64,000 bases of DNA from Nitrospirota bacterium (GTDB lineage: Bacteria; Nitrospirota; UBA9217), in the NCBI GenBank assembly GCA_963818475.1, contig CAWFSF010000002.1, forward strand, positions 640,001 through 704,000. The letters run 5' to 3'. Below, piece after piece: positions 54,845 to 64,000 of the stretch. Under the pieces are notes generated by a model. That model was not told where the DNA came from. It saw only the letters and a program-made list of their open reading frames with translations, and searched no databases. Every line of letters begins with the position of its first letter. Within the stretch, counting starts at the first letter, position 1. The translations under genes were made by a program, and so were the position numbers.

Positions 54845-55424
54845 ATGAAAAACATTGCTAATTTTCTGTTCGAAGCAGGCATGCTGAAACGGACTCCGCG
54901 CAGCGGCTTTCAGTTCCTCGGGACCGGCGCAGAGTCTGTGGCAGAGCATATCTTTCCGCACCACCTATATCGGCTATGCTCTCGGCAGGCTCGTGCAGGA
55001 TGTCGATGTTGACCGCATGATAAAGATGTGCCTGTTCCACGATCTGCCAGAAGCGCGGACGGGCGACCTTAACTACGTGAATAAAAAGTATGTGGAGGCA
55101 AACGAAAAAAAAGCGGTAGAGGACCTGGCCGGGACCCTGCCCTTCGGCAACGAGATCCGGGAATTGATACTGGAGTTCATCGAGGGGAAGACCGAGGAAG
55201 CGCGCCTGGCGCGCGATGCGGACCAGCTGGAGATGATCCTGGCGCTCAAGGAGTATAAGGACCTGGGGAACAAATACGCCGACGAGTGGCTGGAGTTCTC
55301 GTTGAAGCGGCTTCAGACCGATTCAGCGCGTGAGCTTGCGCGGACCATTCTGGAAACAGACTCATCGCTCTGGTGGTTCAGCGACAAGAGCGACTGGTGG
55401 GTCACCGGCGGCAAGCGTTCGTAA
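54845..55424 (+). CDS. HD-domain hydrolase (YfbR/HDDC2-like); +1 frameshift near 54955
   Basis: MKNIANFLFEAGMLKRTPRSG..ESVAEH in one frame, FHDLPEARTGD..DADQLE in the next. Confidence 0.85.
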
Positions 55425-56036
55425 TTCCTGATAGGTACGGTCCGTGGTCATGGTCCCGGAAACTTGTATCCGATAAACAGCAGACCGCTGCGTGATGCAT
55501 AATGGTCCACGAGCGGGGCTGTTCGCTCCCGGAAGATCATCCAGTTTTTTTTCTACCAATTCCCGATTATCATCGATGCGCTCTGTCCTGTCCCTGCCCA
55601 CATTCTCTTTGATCCGAAAAAAAACATCGTCAGCAGAACTATCGAGCACAATGAGCGCGTGAATTGTTGCGAGCCCGGCAATGTCCTGCGCCTGTCCGGC
55701 ATGGCGCGGAATGCCGTTCAGGACAAGCAGATCGTGCTGCGAAAATGAAACTCGCTTCAGGAAAAGCGTGAGGATTTTTTTTGCCAGGGGGAAGTGCTCA
55801 TTTTCGAGAAGCAGGCCGCGCTCGAGAACGCCGTGGATAAACGCGAGCTCCTCGAGCGAGTAATCCGCGGAGCGTTCGTTTGCGGATACAGCGCTGCGGA
55901 GCTCAGATCCGAAATCGAGGTGATGACACCGTCGGCCGAACAACCCCTGAAGAGCGATGGCGTCGCCAAGCGGGCTTTTGCCCACGCCGGTAGGGCCCAG
56001 GAGAAGGATGGCATTGATTGGGAAGGGGAATGTCAT
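55362..56036 (-). CDS. Adenylate kinase-like P-loop kinase
   Basis: GPTGVGKS, HLDFGSELR, LNGIPRHAGQA, RIDDN; alternate frame gives IFRERTAPLVDHY. Confidence 0.7.
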   Translation of the reverse strand: MTFPFPINAILLLGPTGVGKSPLGDAIALQGLFGRRCHHLDFGSELRSAVSANERSADYSLEELAFIHGVLERGLLLENEHFPLAKKILTLFLKRVSFSQHDLLVLNGIPRHAGQAQDIAGLATIHALIVLDSSADDVFFRIKENVGRDRTERIDDNRELVEKKLDDLPGANSPARGPLCITQRSAVYRIQVSGTMTTDRTYQELRTLAAGDPPVALVAEPPER

Positions 56037-56069
56037 AGGAATTGTTGAACGATCAGGGGTCAGACAAAT

Positions 56070-56508
56070 CTATGCAAACCCTGCGATCTTCTTTCTCAAG
56101 CTCTCCAGGCTTTTTCTGGAGGCGATGGTCAGCTCGTTCTCGGGAAGCTTGTCAAGGCTGAACCAGCCGATCTCGTCGCATTTATGCGGCTCTCTGATGA
56201 CGGGCGTCCCCCTGGTGATCCTGCAGATGAAGGAGGGCGAGACCCAGTGCTGCTTCTCGTCAGGAATGATATGGTTCACGACGTCGAGGAGCGACAGGAC
56301 CTCGATCTCGATACCGTACTCTTCCATGACCTCGCGCGCCAGGGCGTGCTCGAGCGTCTCACCGAATTCCACGCTCCCGCCGGGAAACTCCCATTTACCC
56401 GATTCGTTCCTTGCCTCTTTCCCGCGCTTTGGCAAGAAAGACCCTCTTGTCGCGGTCATAGATGATGGCGCCGACCCCGACACCGATATGATCAACACCT
56501 TTTTTCAT
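56070..56508 (-). CDS. NUDIX hydrolase; +1 frameshift near 56429
   Basis: MKKGVDHIGVGVGAII..FLAK joins RGKEARNESGKWEFPGGSVEFGETLEHALAREVMEEYG. Confidence 0.85.
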
Positions 56509-56654
56509 GTTCTGCACAGTACCAAAAATCCCGGGGAAAGTCAAAAGAGTATCAGGTGCTGGCCCGGCGTGAATGCCTCCAACCACGGGAAAGAGAGTTT
56601 TGCGGTTTCTGCAAGAAGATGAACCTAACCTCCGGAAAGAGACCGGTTTTTTGC

Positions 56655-56682
56655 TTGACATATTCCTTTTTTCGCTTATAAT
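56655..56682 (+). promoter_or_regulatory. rpmH operon promoter
   Basis: TTGACA-16-TATAAT followed by a C-rich discriminator. Confidence 0.8.
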
Positions 56683-56719
56683 ACCCCCCTACTCATAACA
56701 AAACAGAAGGAGCAGGACG

Positions 56720-56857
56720 ATGTCGGAAACAACCGCACAAAAGAGCAATCTCAAACAGAAACGGGCACAGGGCTTCAGAAAACGGATGAGCACGGCCACA
56801 GGCAGGAACGTCATCAATCGCCGCAGGGCAAAAGGACGCAAGCGTCTCGCGGTCTAA
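56720..56857 (+). CDS. rpmH: 50S ribosomal protein L34 (not in ORF track)
   Basis: [45 protein letters not shown]; SD AAGGAG; upstream of rnpA. Confidence 0.92.
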   Translation: MSETTAQKSNLKQKRAQGFRKRMSTATGRNVINRRRAKGRKRLAV

Positions 56858-56881
56858 CGCTGCTCCGCTCGGGTGTGCCTG

Positions 56882-57250
56882 ATGCCGTACGCATATCGGA
56901 AGAGCGAACGGATACGCAAAAATTCTGAGTTTGTAGCTACCATGAAGGGTAAAAGACTGTCAGTTGACGGTCTTTCTCTTTTTTATACCCGGAACGAGAC
57001 CGGGAACTTCAGGGTCGGCGTATCGGTCAGCAAGAAACTGGCGAACGCCGTGGGGCGGAACAGGCTCCGGCGACAGCTCCGCGACTGCATCTCCCGGGTG
57101 CTCCGGGGACATACGCTCGGGTATGATCTCGTGTTCGTGGCCCGGCAGGGCATAATAACAGCAGATCATGAGCGCATCCTGAAGGCCGTTTTTTCGTTGC
57201 TGCAGAAGACGGCCCTTCGCGATCAGAAACAGGTGGGCGCAGATCGATGA
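56882..57250 (+). CDS. rnpA: Ribonuclease P protein component
   Basis: [30 protein letters not shown]. Confidence 0.92.
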   Translation: MPYAYRKSERIRKNSEFVATMKGKRLSVDGLSLFYTRNETGNFRVGVSVSKKLANAVGRNRLRRQLRDCISRVLRGHTLGYDLVFVARQGIITADHERILKAVFSLLQKTALRDQKQVGADR

Positions 57251-57456
57251 AGCATTTTTTTCTTTACGCTATACGCCTGTACCGGCGTTTTCTTTCTCCC
57301 GTTCTCCCGCCATCCTGCAGGTTCGTCCCGACCTGCTCCGAGTATGCACTTGAGGCCTTTAAGACAAAGAGCACCGTGAAAGCGCTCTGGATGACCCTGG
57401 TCCGCATTTCAAAATGCCATCCTTTTCATCCGGGCGGATACGACCCGGTACGGTAA
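57247..57456 (+). CDS. yidD: Membrane protein insertion efficiency factor
   Basis: [24 protein letters not shown]. Confidence 0.95.
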   Translation: MKHFFLYAIRLYRRFLSPVLPPSCRFVPTCSEYALEAFKTKSTVKALWMTLVRISKCHPFHPGGYDPVR

Positions 57457-57469
57457 TTTCGGAGGATTC

Positions 57470-59159
57470 ATGGAAACACGAAGATTCATTCTGGCCCTTT
57501 CCCTCTCACTCCTGGTGTTTCTGGTTTACGTCAGGTTTTTCGCACCGCCACCCCCGCCGCAGCAGCCGGAGACGATCGAAACAGCCCAGACCAAAACGTC
57601 TTTGCCCGGTGAAGCGGCTTCCTCGAAGCCTGCTGTAGTACGGCAGAGCCCCGGCGCCATTGCCGGCTCTATTGTCCCTGCTGCAGCGGGAAAGGACATT
57701 GTTATCGAGAGCGAGCTCGTCAAGGTCGTTCTGAGCACGGCAGGCGGCGTGGTCAAGCACTGGGAACTGAAAAAACATATCGAGGCGGACAAGACCGACG
57801 TTGGTCTGGGCGCCCTTTACCGCAAATTTACCGGCACGGCCAAAAAAGAGGTCGAACCGAAAAAAGAACGGGGGCATGTGCAGCTCTTCACGGCCTATGA
57901 GGGCGTACGGGCAGATGATATCGTGTTCCCGCTGACCGTCGTTCCGCTGGACAAAGAGCTGTCGAACGTAGCACGCGTCGAATACCGGTCCAATCTGGAA
58001 CGGGTGCAGCTCGATGAACAAAATCCGTCCCAGACCGTGGTCCTTACGTACACCGGTCCCGGCGGCATGCTGATCGAGAAAAGCCTGACCTTTCATAACA
58101 ACGAATACAAGGTTGACATGGCGGTGCGCACGCAGGGCCTTGAAGGATACACGCTGGACCTCGGCACGGACTTCGGCCTCTCGGACAAGATCAGCCGTGA
58201 CGCCAGCGGCCGCGTCGGCGTCGTGACCATGGTTGACGGCAAGCTGGTCACGGAAAAGATCGACAAAATCAAGGGTGAGCTGCAGCACGCCGGCGCCATC
58301 GAGTGGCTGGGCCAGGAGGACAAGTATTTTACCGCAGCGCTGGTGCATGGCAGCCCGGGCATCGTCACGGTCACGAAAACAACGGCTCCCAAGGAGATCG
58401 GCGACCTGGTCGGAACGCGCCTGACGGTCAAGGACACGTCCGACGAGCACAAGTATACGCTCTTCGCCGGCCCCAAGAGCTACTCGTTGCTCAAGGCGCA
58501 GGGACACGGCATGGAACAAATGGTCGACTACGGGTGGTTCGGCATTCTGGCGAAGCCCATGTTCTGGCTCATGCAGCAGTTCTACGCCATCATCCAGGAA
58601 CTACGGCATCGCGATCATCCTGCTCACGATCGTGGTGCGGTTGATCCTGTTCTACCCGTCGCTCAAGAGCGCCACGGCCATGGAGGAGATGAAGAAGCTT
58701 CAGCCGCAGATGACCGCGCTTCGTGAGAAGTACAAGAAGGACCCCTCCAAGATGAACCAGGAGATCATGAAGCTGTACAAGGACCACAAGGTGAATCCCC
58801 TGGGCGGCTGTCTGCCCATGGTGCTGCAGCTGCCGTTCTTCGTTGCCCTGTACAACGTGCTGTCCGTATCGATCGAACTGCGCCAGTCGCCGTTCATCTC
58901 GTTCTGGATCAAGGACCTGTCGGTCTTTGACCCCTTCTACATCCTGCCGGTGCTGATGGGCGTCAGCATGATCTTTACCATGAAGATGACCTCGACCTCG
59001 GTGGACCCCCAGCAGCAGAAGATCATGATGTACATGAACGTCGCCTTTATCTTCATGTTCGCCTGGCTGCCGGCCGGCTTACTGCTCTATATCACCCTGA
59101 GCAACGTGCTTTCGATCGTGCAGCAGCTCTATGTCAGAAAGATCATCGCCGCCGCGTAA
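57470..59159 (+). CDS. yidC: Membrane protein insertase YidC; +1 frameshift near 58596
   Basis: DYGWF then NYGIAIILLTIVVR in the next frame, NPLGGCLP, WIKDLS, LPAGLLLY. Confidence 0.93.
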
Positions 59160-59197
59160 TCGGCTGCTTGTGTTGTATCCAGAACTGAAAAAAAGCG

Positions 59198-59230
59198 AAA
59201 CCGCCCCGGATTTTTCCGGGGCGGTTTTTT
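59198..59230. terminator. Bidirectional terminator after yidC
   Basis: AAACCGCCCCGGA/TCCGGGGCGGTTT with A and T tails. Confidence 0.85.
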
Positions 59231-59352
59231 GTTAGTCTGGTTTGTTCAGGGATTCGCTGCTGCCCAGCCATGTCACCGGCCCGAGCGTATGCATGCGAAA
59301 TGTTAAAGAGAGCGCTATTAAGTGAGCGCGTGCCTAAATCGGATAGCATTTT

Positions 59353-59559
59353 TCAATATTCAATGACTTTGTTTGCCAGTGCAAGGTCATTTTTGTTAAT
59401 TTGCAGTTTGATGCCACCCAAGGCTAGTGAATAGAACCATTTAATATAAATTGTTCGGTAATCCAGCAGATAGGCAGGAATCTCCTCCGACTCAAGGTAC
59501 CGGCTGGTTGGGATTTTCCATATGAGGAGCCTTATGATAGTTACACAGAAAAACTGCAT
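59353..59559 (-). pseudogene. DUF2007-like fragment
   Basis: LESEEIPAYLLD..WFYSLALGGIKLQI resembles the DUF2007 core; N-terminus looks degraded. Confidence 0.5.
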
Positions 59560-59610
59560 TACTCTTCAGGTTCTAAGAAGCTACATTTTTAAATGTAGGC
59601 ATGATTTCGG

Positions 59611-60129
59611 TCACGATTCGCGTGTTCTTAAAAAGTGCCGAGCCTCCCAATACAGCACTGTTATTAGCAAGCTTCCTGAAATAAAAAGTACAATCCAAGC
59701 ATGCGCCGATATGCTTTTGTCTAAAACTGCAAATGTCGGCTCGTCAGCAGAATGCCACACCGTAACAATATTCCCGGCACGATATCCTGCAAGAAGTTTT
59801 TCAACTTTTCGTATGCTTCCATAATTTCTTTTTGTGATGCCATATCTATCTCCGTTGTATTTCTTTCCATTTACCTCATAATCATAACGTATATTAGGGA
59901 AATAAACTATCGATGTTGTTGCACCTGTTGTCGGATTATCAAAGGTCGCTGTTTCTGAGCCTACCTCGGCAGACAAAATTTTCCCGTTCGCAGGTAAAAG
60001 GCTGCTCCGGTGCCGCAATTCACGAACGACAAGATTACCAGATAGGGTAACGATGAAAACAAAAATGAAGCAGATTACTATCGAACCAGTTGATCGAGTA
60101 CTCTTTTTTATTAAGTTGTTTGCTTTCAT
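59611..60129 (-). CDS. DUF3592 family membrane protein, low GC, cassette-like
   Basis: TM-..YFPNIRYDYEVNGKKY..GNIVTVWH..P..AVL-TM; ATG 11 nt after the attC R' box. Confidence 0.75.
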   Translation of the reverse strand: MKANNLIKKSTRSTGSIVICFIFVFIVTLSGNLVVRELRHRSSLLPANGKILSAEVGSETATFDNPTTGATTSIVYFPNIRYDYEVNGKKYNGDRYGITKRNYGSIRKVEKLLAGYRAGNIVTVWHSADEPTFAVLDKSISAHAWIVLFISGSLLITVLYWEARHFLRTRES

Positions 60130-60140
60130 CTTAAGTATAT

Positions 60141-60199
60141 ATACAACGACAAGCTGACACGCCGACGTAGGTAGGCCGGTGTCAAGCGGCTTGTTAGTC
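60141..60199 (-). mobile_element. Integron attC site (59 bp), solitary
   Basis: Minus strand: R'' GACTAAC-5 nt-L'' GCTTGACA-20 nt core-L' TGTCAGC-5 nt-R' GTTGTAT; L'' has one extra base relative to L'. Confidence 0.7.
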
Positions 60200-60217
60200 C
60201 AATCAGTGTTTATATGA

Positions 60218-60246
60218 ACTCTAACATTGAATATACGCAAAGTCAA
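60218..60246 (-). promoter_or_regulatory. sigma70 promoter reading into attC and the DUF3592 gene
   Basis: Minus strand TTGACT-17-TAGAGT. Confidence 0.55.
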
Positions 60247-60525
60247 TGACTTACGGCAACTTCGATTTGACTCTTCCAGAAAACCGTTATTGTTTGATTA
60301 TAAGAATAATCCGGTTTTAGGATTATTCAAATCATAATACGTGCAGAGATTGGAGTCCTATGCTCCTATCCCGAACGAAATCTTGAGACTCTTCGACGCT
60401 GTCATGGAACAAATTGCGATTCCCTCGCTCTCCGCTCTAACTACCGAAAATGGTTTAGCGTCGATATCAGGATAAATCACGTGGCGGGGTCAATGTGGTA
60501 GGTGGGAAGGGTTGTTGGAGCGCCG

Positions 60526-61419
60526 TTACCCCTGCTGGAGGATCTTCCTGATGCGGTCGGCGTACTGCGCGCTTTTGTCATCGCTGGTCACGATCTCGAT
60601 CTCATCCGGCCCGGCAGCGCCGAGGCCAAGCTCTGCTGCGCGGGAGATCTGCTCCTGCTCAAAGATCTTTGTCTCCATGATGGCGTTGTTGCTGCCCAGC
60701 GATTTCAGCATCGCCACGCCGACGGCGTCGATGGCAACGCGGTCCGTTCCGGCAAGGATGACGGCGGCGCGCTTGCGCGTGCCGGTCATGGGGCCCCGGT
60801 CAGTAAAGGCCTCGATCCCATCGAGCACGACCAACGCGGGCGCATAGGCCTGGTTGATCTCTGCGATCATCTTGCGCATGTGCTGGGACGATGAATGGAG
60901 CTCTCCCATATTGTGTTTATGCACCATACCGACAGAGACCTTGAGCGACATCGTGAAAACCGCTCCATAGCCGTGGGTCTTGAGACAGCAGGTGGTCACC
61001 ACAGCTTCAGCATTAAGCACAGACCGTGCAATGTCGAAGCCCGCTCTCCAGTGGCAATCTTCGGGTTTGATGCGGACCCATTGGTCCTGCGGCAGGTCCT
61101 CGAAGTTTATGAGCTGGGCCCCATGCTCTTGACAGAGCCGATCCACTTCTTTTTTCCTGATCACTTCCGAGGTCTCAGTCGGCCCACTCCGGTCGCCGAC
61201 AGTGACAGCCTTGGCGCCCATCTTCCTGAGCTGAACGATCATGCTGCTCAGTGTATCGTTATGCGTTGACCCGGGAAAGGGGTCCGCGGTATTGAAGTTG
61301 GGCTTGAGCAGGACGTTCTTCCCCTGGAGCGTATCGATCTGGAGCAAATTGATCGCGGCTGGGATGCCAGAAGCCCGGTCCGATGTGTTGACGAACGATA
61401 TAATGGATTTTCGTCTCAC
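60526..61419 (-). CDS. DUF362 family protein
   Basis: VLLKPNF, LKTH, TMSLK, LDGIEA, GP, DRVAIDA. Confidence 0.85.
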   Translation of the reverse strand: MRRKSIISFVNTSDRASGIPAAINLLQIDTLQGKNVLLKPNFNTADPFPGSTHNDTLSSMIVQLRKMGAKAVTVGDRSGPTETSEVIRKKEVDRLCQEHGAQLINFEDLPQDQWVRIKPEDCHWRAGFDIARSVLNAEAVVTTCCLKTHGYGAVFTMSLKVSVGMVHKHNMGELHSSSQHMRKMIAEINQAYAPALVVLDGIEAFTDRGPMTGTRKRAAVILAGTDRVAIDAVGVAMLKSLGSNNAIMETKIFEQEQISRAAELGLGAAGPDEIEIVTSDDKSAQYADRIRKILQQG

Positions 61420-61433
61420 GATGTCCGCTCCAT

Positions 61434-62060
61434 TTATCTTCCCGCCTTGATCACCACAAAGGAACCCTCGCCGTATCCCTTTTTTGTCTGGTCCGGTTCG
61501 CGCATATCATCAAGGTGGCCGAAGAGCGTCTGGCTGAAACTGAACGTTGAGAAGCCCGCCTGTTTGAGATGCGCGAGGAGGTCGTCCACGGTATAGAAGG
61601 TCGCATCCTTGTAGAACAGGCTCTCGCTCTTTCTTTGTTCATAGGCTTTGCCGATGGGACTGTTCCTGTCAACGAAGCCGATGATGAAGGCGCCACCGGG
61701 TTTGAGCACGCGATAAGCCTCCTGAAATGCCCTGTCAATGTCATCCAGAAAGCAGACCGTGGTGACCATAAGTGCTTTGTCGAACTCATTATCCTGGAAC
61801 GGGAGCGCTTCAGCCACCCCCTTGATCACGGTGATGCCGCGCTTTCGCGCGCGCTCTGCCATGGCAATTGACGGTTCAACACCGATCCAGATGCCGAGAG
61901 GCGCTGCGAAGAGGCCGCTGCCCACGCCGATCTCGAGCCCCTTGCCTGGATCAGGCAGGAGCATGCGAATCGCTTCAATTTCTGACTGGTAGGCAAAGGG
62001 ATGTTTTTCGAACCAGGCATCGTATTGTTCGGAGTTTTGTTCGAAGGGTGAGTTGCTCAT
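61434..62060 (-). CDS. Class I SAM-dependent methyltransferase
   Basis: LEIGVGSG, AEALPF, EAYRVLKPGG. Confidence 0.9.
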   Translation of the reverse strand: MSNSPFEQNSEQYDAWFEKHPFAYQSEIEAIRMLLPDPGKGLEIGVGSGLFAAPLGIWIGVEPSIAMAERARKRGITVIKGVAEALPFQDNEFDKALMVTTVCFLDDIDRAFQEAYRVLKPGGAFIIGFVDRNSPIGKAYEQRKSESLFYKDATFYTVDDLLAHLKQAGFSTFSFSQTLFGHLDDMREPDQTKKGYGEGSFVVIKAGR

Positions 62061-62085
62061 GGGGTTCTCGAAGAAAAGTCAAATC

Positions 62086-62225
62086 TACCACGGAGGCACG
62101 GAGACACTGAGAAAGGCAACCTCGGTTTTAGAGAAAAAAATAACTTCAAGATGACAACTGGAGATTTTTTCGTAACCCGCCAAATCAGCAAAATTTTTTC
62201 TCCGTGTCTCCGTGCCTCCGTGGTA
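62086..62225. repeat. Family B element, copy 2
   Basis: TACCACGGAGGCACGGAGACACTGAGAAA...TTTCTCCGTGTCTCCGTGCCTCCGTGGTA, 29-bp arms with one mismatch. Confidence 0.85.
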
Positions 62226-62260
62226 AAAAAGCATTTGTTCCGATTTTATAAAAATCAGGG

Positions 62261-63952
62261 CTACCACTCCATGCTCAGAAACGTGTCCACGACCCGGGGG
62301 TCAAGCTGGGTGCCGGAGAGGGAGCGGATATGTTCGCGGATCTCTTCTTTGGAAATGCCCTGCCGGTAGGGGCGATCCTTTGCGATAAGAGCGTCCCAGA
62401 CATCGGCAACAGCAAAGATGCGCGCCGCAAGAGGTATCTGCTCGCCTTTGAGATTTCGCGGATAACCCGTGCCGTCCCACCACTCATGGTGACAGTACGG
62501 AATGTCCAGGGCCGGACGCAGGTAGGCGATCGGCTGGAGCATCTCGAAGGCAAAGAGGGGGTGTTGACGCATGATCGTCCACTCTTCGTCGGTCAGGGGG
62601 CCCGGCTTCAGCAGGATGTTGTCGGGGATGCCGATCTTTCCGATATCATGCAGGAGCGCTCCGCGCCGCATATGCACCAGCTCCTTTGTTCCAATGCCCA
62701 TGGTACGTGCAAGACGGAGGGTCATTTCAGCCACCCGTTCGGTATGGCGTTCGGTTTCCCTGCTACGAAGATCGAGCGCGCGGGCCCAGCCCGCGAGCGT
62801 GGCATCGTAGGCCAGAGTGACCTCGATGGCCGATTGCTGAAGGTCATCAAAGAGGGCCGCGTTGTCTATGGCAATGGCGGCCTGGGCAGCAAGGGCCTCG
62901 AGGTAGCTCTGCCATTCCGCATCAACGTTCCAGGCTGCGCGGTGCAGCACTTCGAGCACGCCCTGCACCTTCCCCTTTGCCATGAGCGGCACGACCGCGT
63001 AGGCGATGAAGCCCTCGCTTTCGAGCAGCGCCGCGCGCTGGAAACGGCTGGCGGGGTCGCGAAGATCAGGGGCGATGATGCTCCGGTGCTCAAGCGCGGC
63101 AGTGCCGGCAAGGCCTTCGCCCATGCGCAGGCTTGACTGCTCGATAGTAGGGGTCCGGAAACCGCGCCCGGCTGCATAGGTGAGCGTCTGGGTGTCTGTG
63201 TTCAGGAGCAGGACGTCGGCGGCGTCAACGTGGAGTTGGGAGATGACCAGATCCAGGACCTCCGAGAGCGTGATGCGCAGGTCAAGGCTGGAGCTGATGA
63301 TCATGTCGATGGCATGGAGCGCCGTGAGTCGCTGAAGGCGCTTCTGCGCAAGGTCCTCGGCTGCTTTGCGCTGGGAGATGTCGCGGAGGAAGAGCTGAAG
63401 GAACCGCCTGTTGCCGCGCTCCACGGTCGTGCCGCTCACTTCCACGGGTATCCTGCGGCCCTCGCGGTGGAACACGCAGAGATCGCCTGCGATGACCCCG
63501 CCCTTTTTTGCTGAAGTCTCGAGGATCTCCTTGCATTTGTCGGCATATTCTGCAGGATGGATATCACGCTGGTGCATGCCGATGATGGTGGTGCGGGGCA
63601 GGCCGAGAAGATCGCAGGCCCGTTTGTTGGTATCCAGGATGATGCCGGTGTCGGCATCGATGATGAATACCGCGTCGTTTGCCGTTTCGATGAGGGAGTG
63701 GTACTTTTCCTCGGATTCGCGCAGGGCCTGGTCCGCCCGCAGGCCTGCACGGAGCTCGCGCTGGATCGTGAAATAGACCAGCAGGGCGCTGGCAAGAACG
63801 AAGGCCCAGCCCGTGTAGGTCTGGAGCCTGCTCAGGCGGTGGCCCTGGACGAGCTGCTGCAGCGCCCAGCTGGAGACGACGATCCAGCAGATGCCGAACA
63901 CCAGATAGTACAGGACGATGCGGAATGCCGATCGCGATTGGGGCCTGTTCAT
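62261..63952 (-). CDS. Membrane-anchored PAS-GAF-HD-GYP cyclic-dinucleotide phosphodiesterase
   Basis: Two TM helices, PAS, GAF, HTERV, LHDIGK, HHEWWDGTGYP, ADVWDAL. Confidence 0.9.
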   Translation of the reverse strand: MNRPQSRSAFRIVLYYLVFGICWIVVSSWALQQLVQGHRLSRLQTYTGWAFVLASALLVYFTIQRELRAGLRADQALRESEEKYHSLIETANDAVFIIDADTGIILDTNKRACDLLGLPRTTIIGMHQRDIHPAEYADKCKEILETSAKKGGVIAGDLCVFHREGRRIPVEVSGTTVERGNRRFLQLFLRDISQRKAAEDLAQKRLQRLTALHAIDMIISSSLDLRITLSEVLDLVISQLHVDAADVLLLNTDTQTLTYAAGRGFRTPTIEQSSLRMGEGLAGTAALEHRSIIAPDLRDPASRFQRAALLESEGFIAYAVVPLMAKGKVQGVLEVLHRAAWNVDAEWQSYLEALAAQAAIAIDNAALFDDLQQSAIEVTLAYDATLAGWARALDLRSRETERHTERVAEMTLRLARTMGIGTKELVHMRRGALLHDIGKIGIPDNILLKPGPLTDEEWTIMRQHPLFAFEMLQPIAYLRPALDIPYCHHEWWDGTGYPRNLKGEQIPLAARIFAVADVWDALIAKDRPYRQGISKEEIREHIRSLSGTQLDPRVVDTFLSMEW

Positions 63953-64000
63953 AGTTCCATCACAGAGCGGAGAGCGGGCCGCCCCGAAGGGTCAAAAACC

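Noticed and set aside
57470-59159. Genuinely split yidC
   Set aside because: Removing one base near 58596 restores the conserved NYGIAIILLT segment, and similar indels occur across the window.
59230-59610. Additional attC sites after the DUF3592 and DUF2007 genes
   Set aside because: Only isolated AAC motifs and a short hairpin are present; there is no matching L and R' boxes.

Overview
Chromosomal window of about 57-60% GC by eye, from an anaerobe resembling Nitrospirota or Desulfobacterota (taxonomy is inference from gene order and protein look). It spans the replication origin. The housekeeping block dnaA-dnaN-gyrB-gyrA-TPR-serS-(4 tRNA-Ser, tRNA-Arg, tadA)-ffs-dnaX-ybaB-recR-porCDAB-mglBA-tRNA-Asn runs leftward. 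rpmH-rnpA-yidD-yidC runs rightward, separated from dnaA by about 5.2 kb carrying nine genes and a DnaA-box/DnaA-trio unwinding site. The left third is accessory: a YbbA/YbbP/TesA-type ABC-arylesterase module, a sigma54-driven Tad/Flp pilus locus with tandem tadC copies and no prepilin peptidase, a thioredoxin-CcdA pair between duplicated genes, a divergent pgk, a yeeE-yeeD-hybrid kinase operon and a pseudo-receiver-PilZ protein. Signals the ORF track does not show: a solitary integron attC with its own promoter, a 131-bp MITE with TIRs and a target duplication, three families of intergenic inverted tandem-repeat elements, an unannotated Pro/Gly/His lipopeptide and a candidate attenuator. About nine genes, including essential yidC, carry single-base frameshifts that are most likely long-read indel errors.
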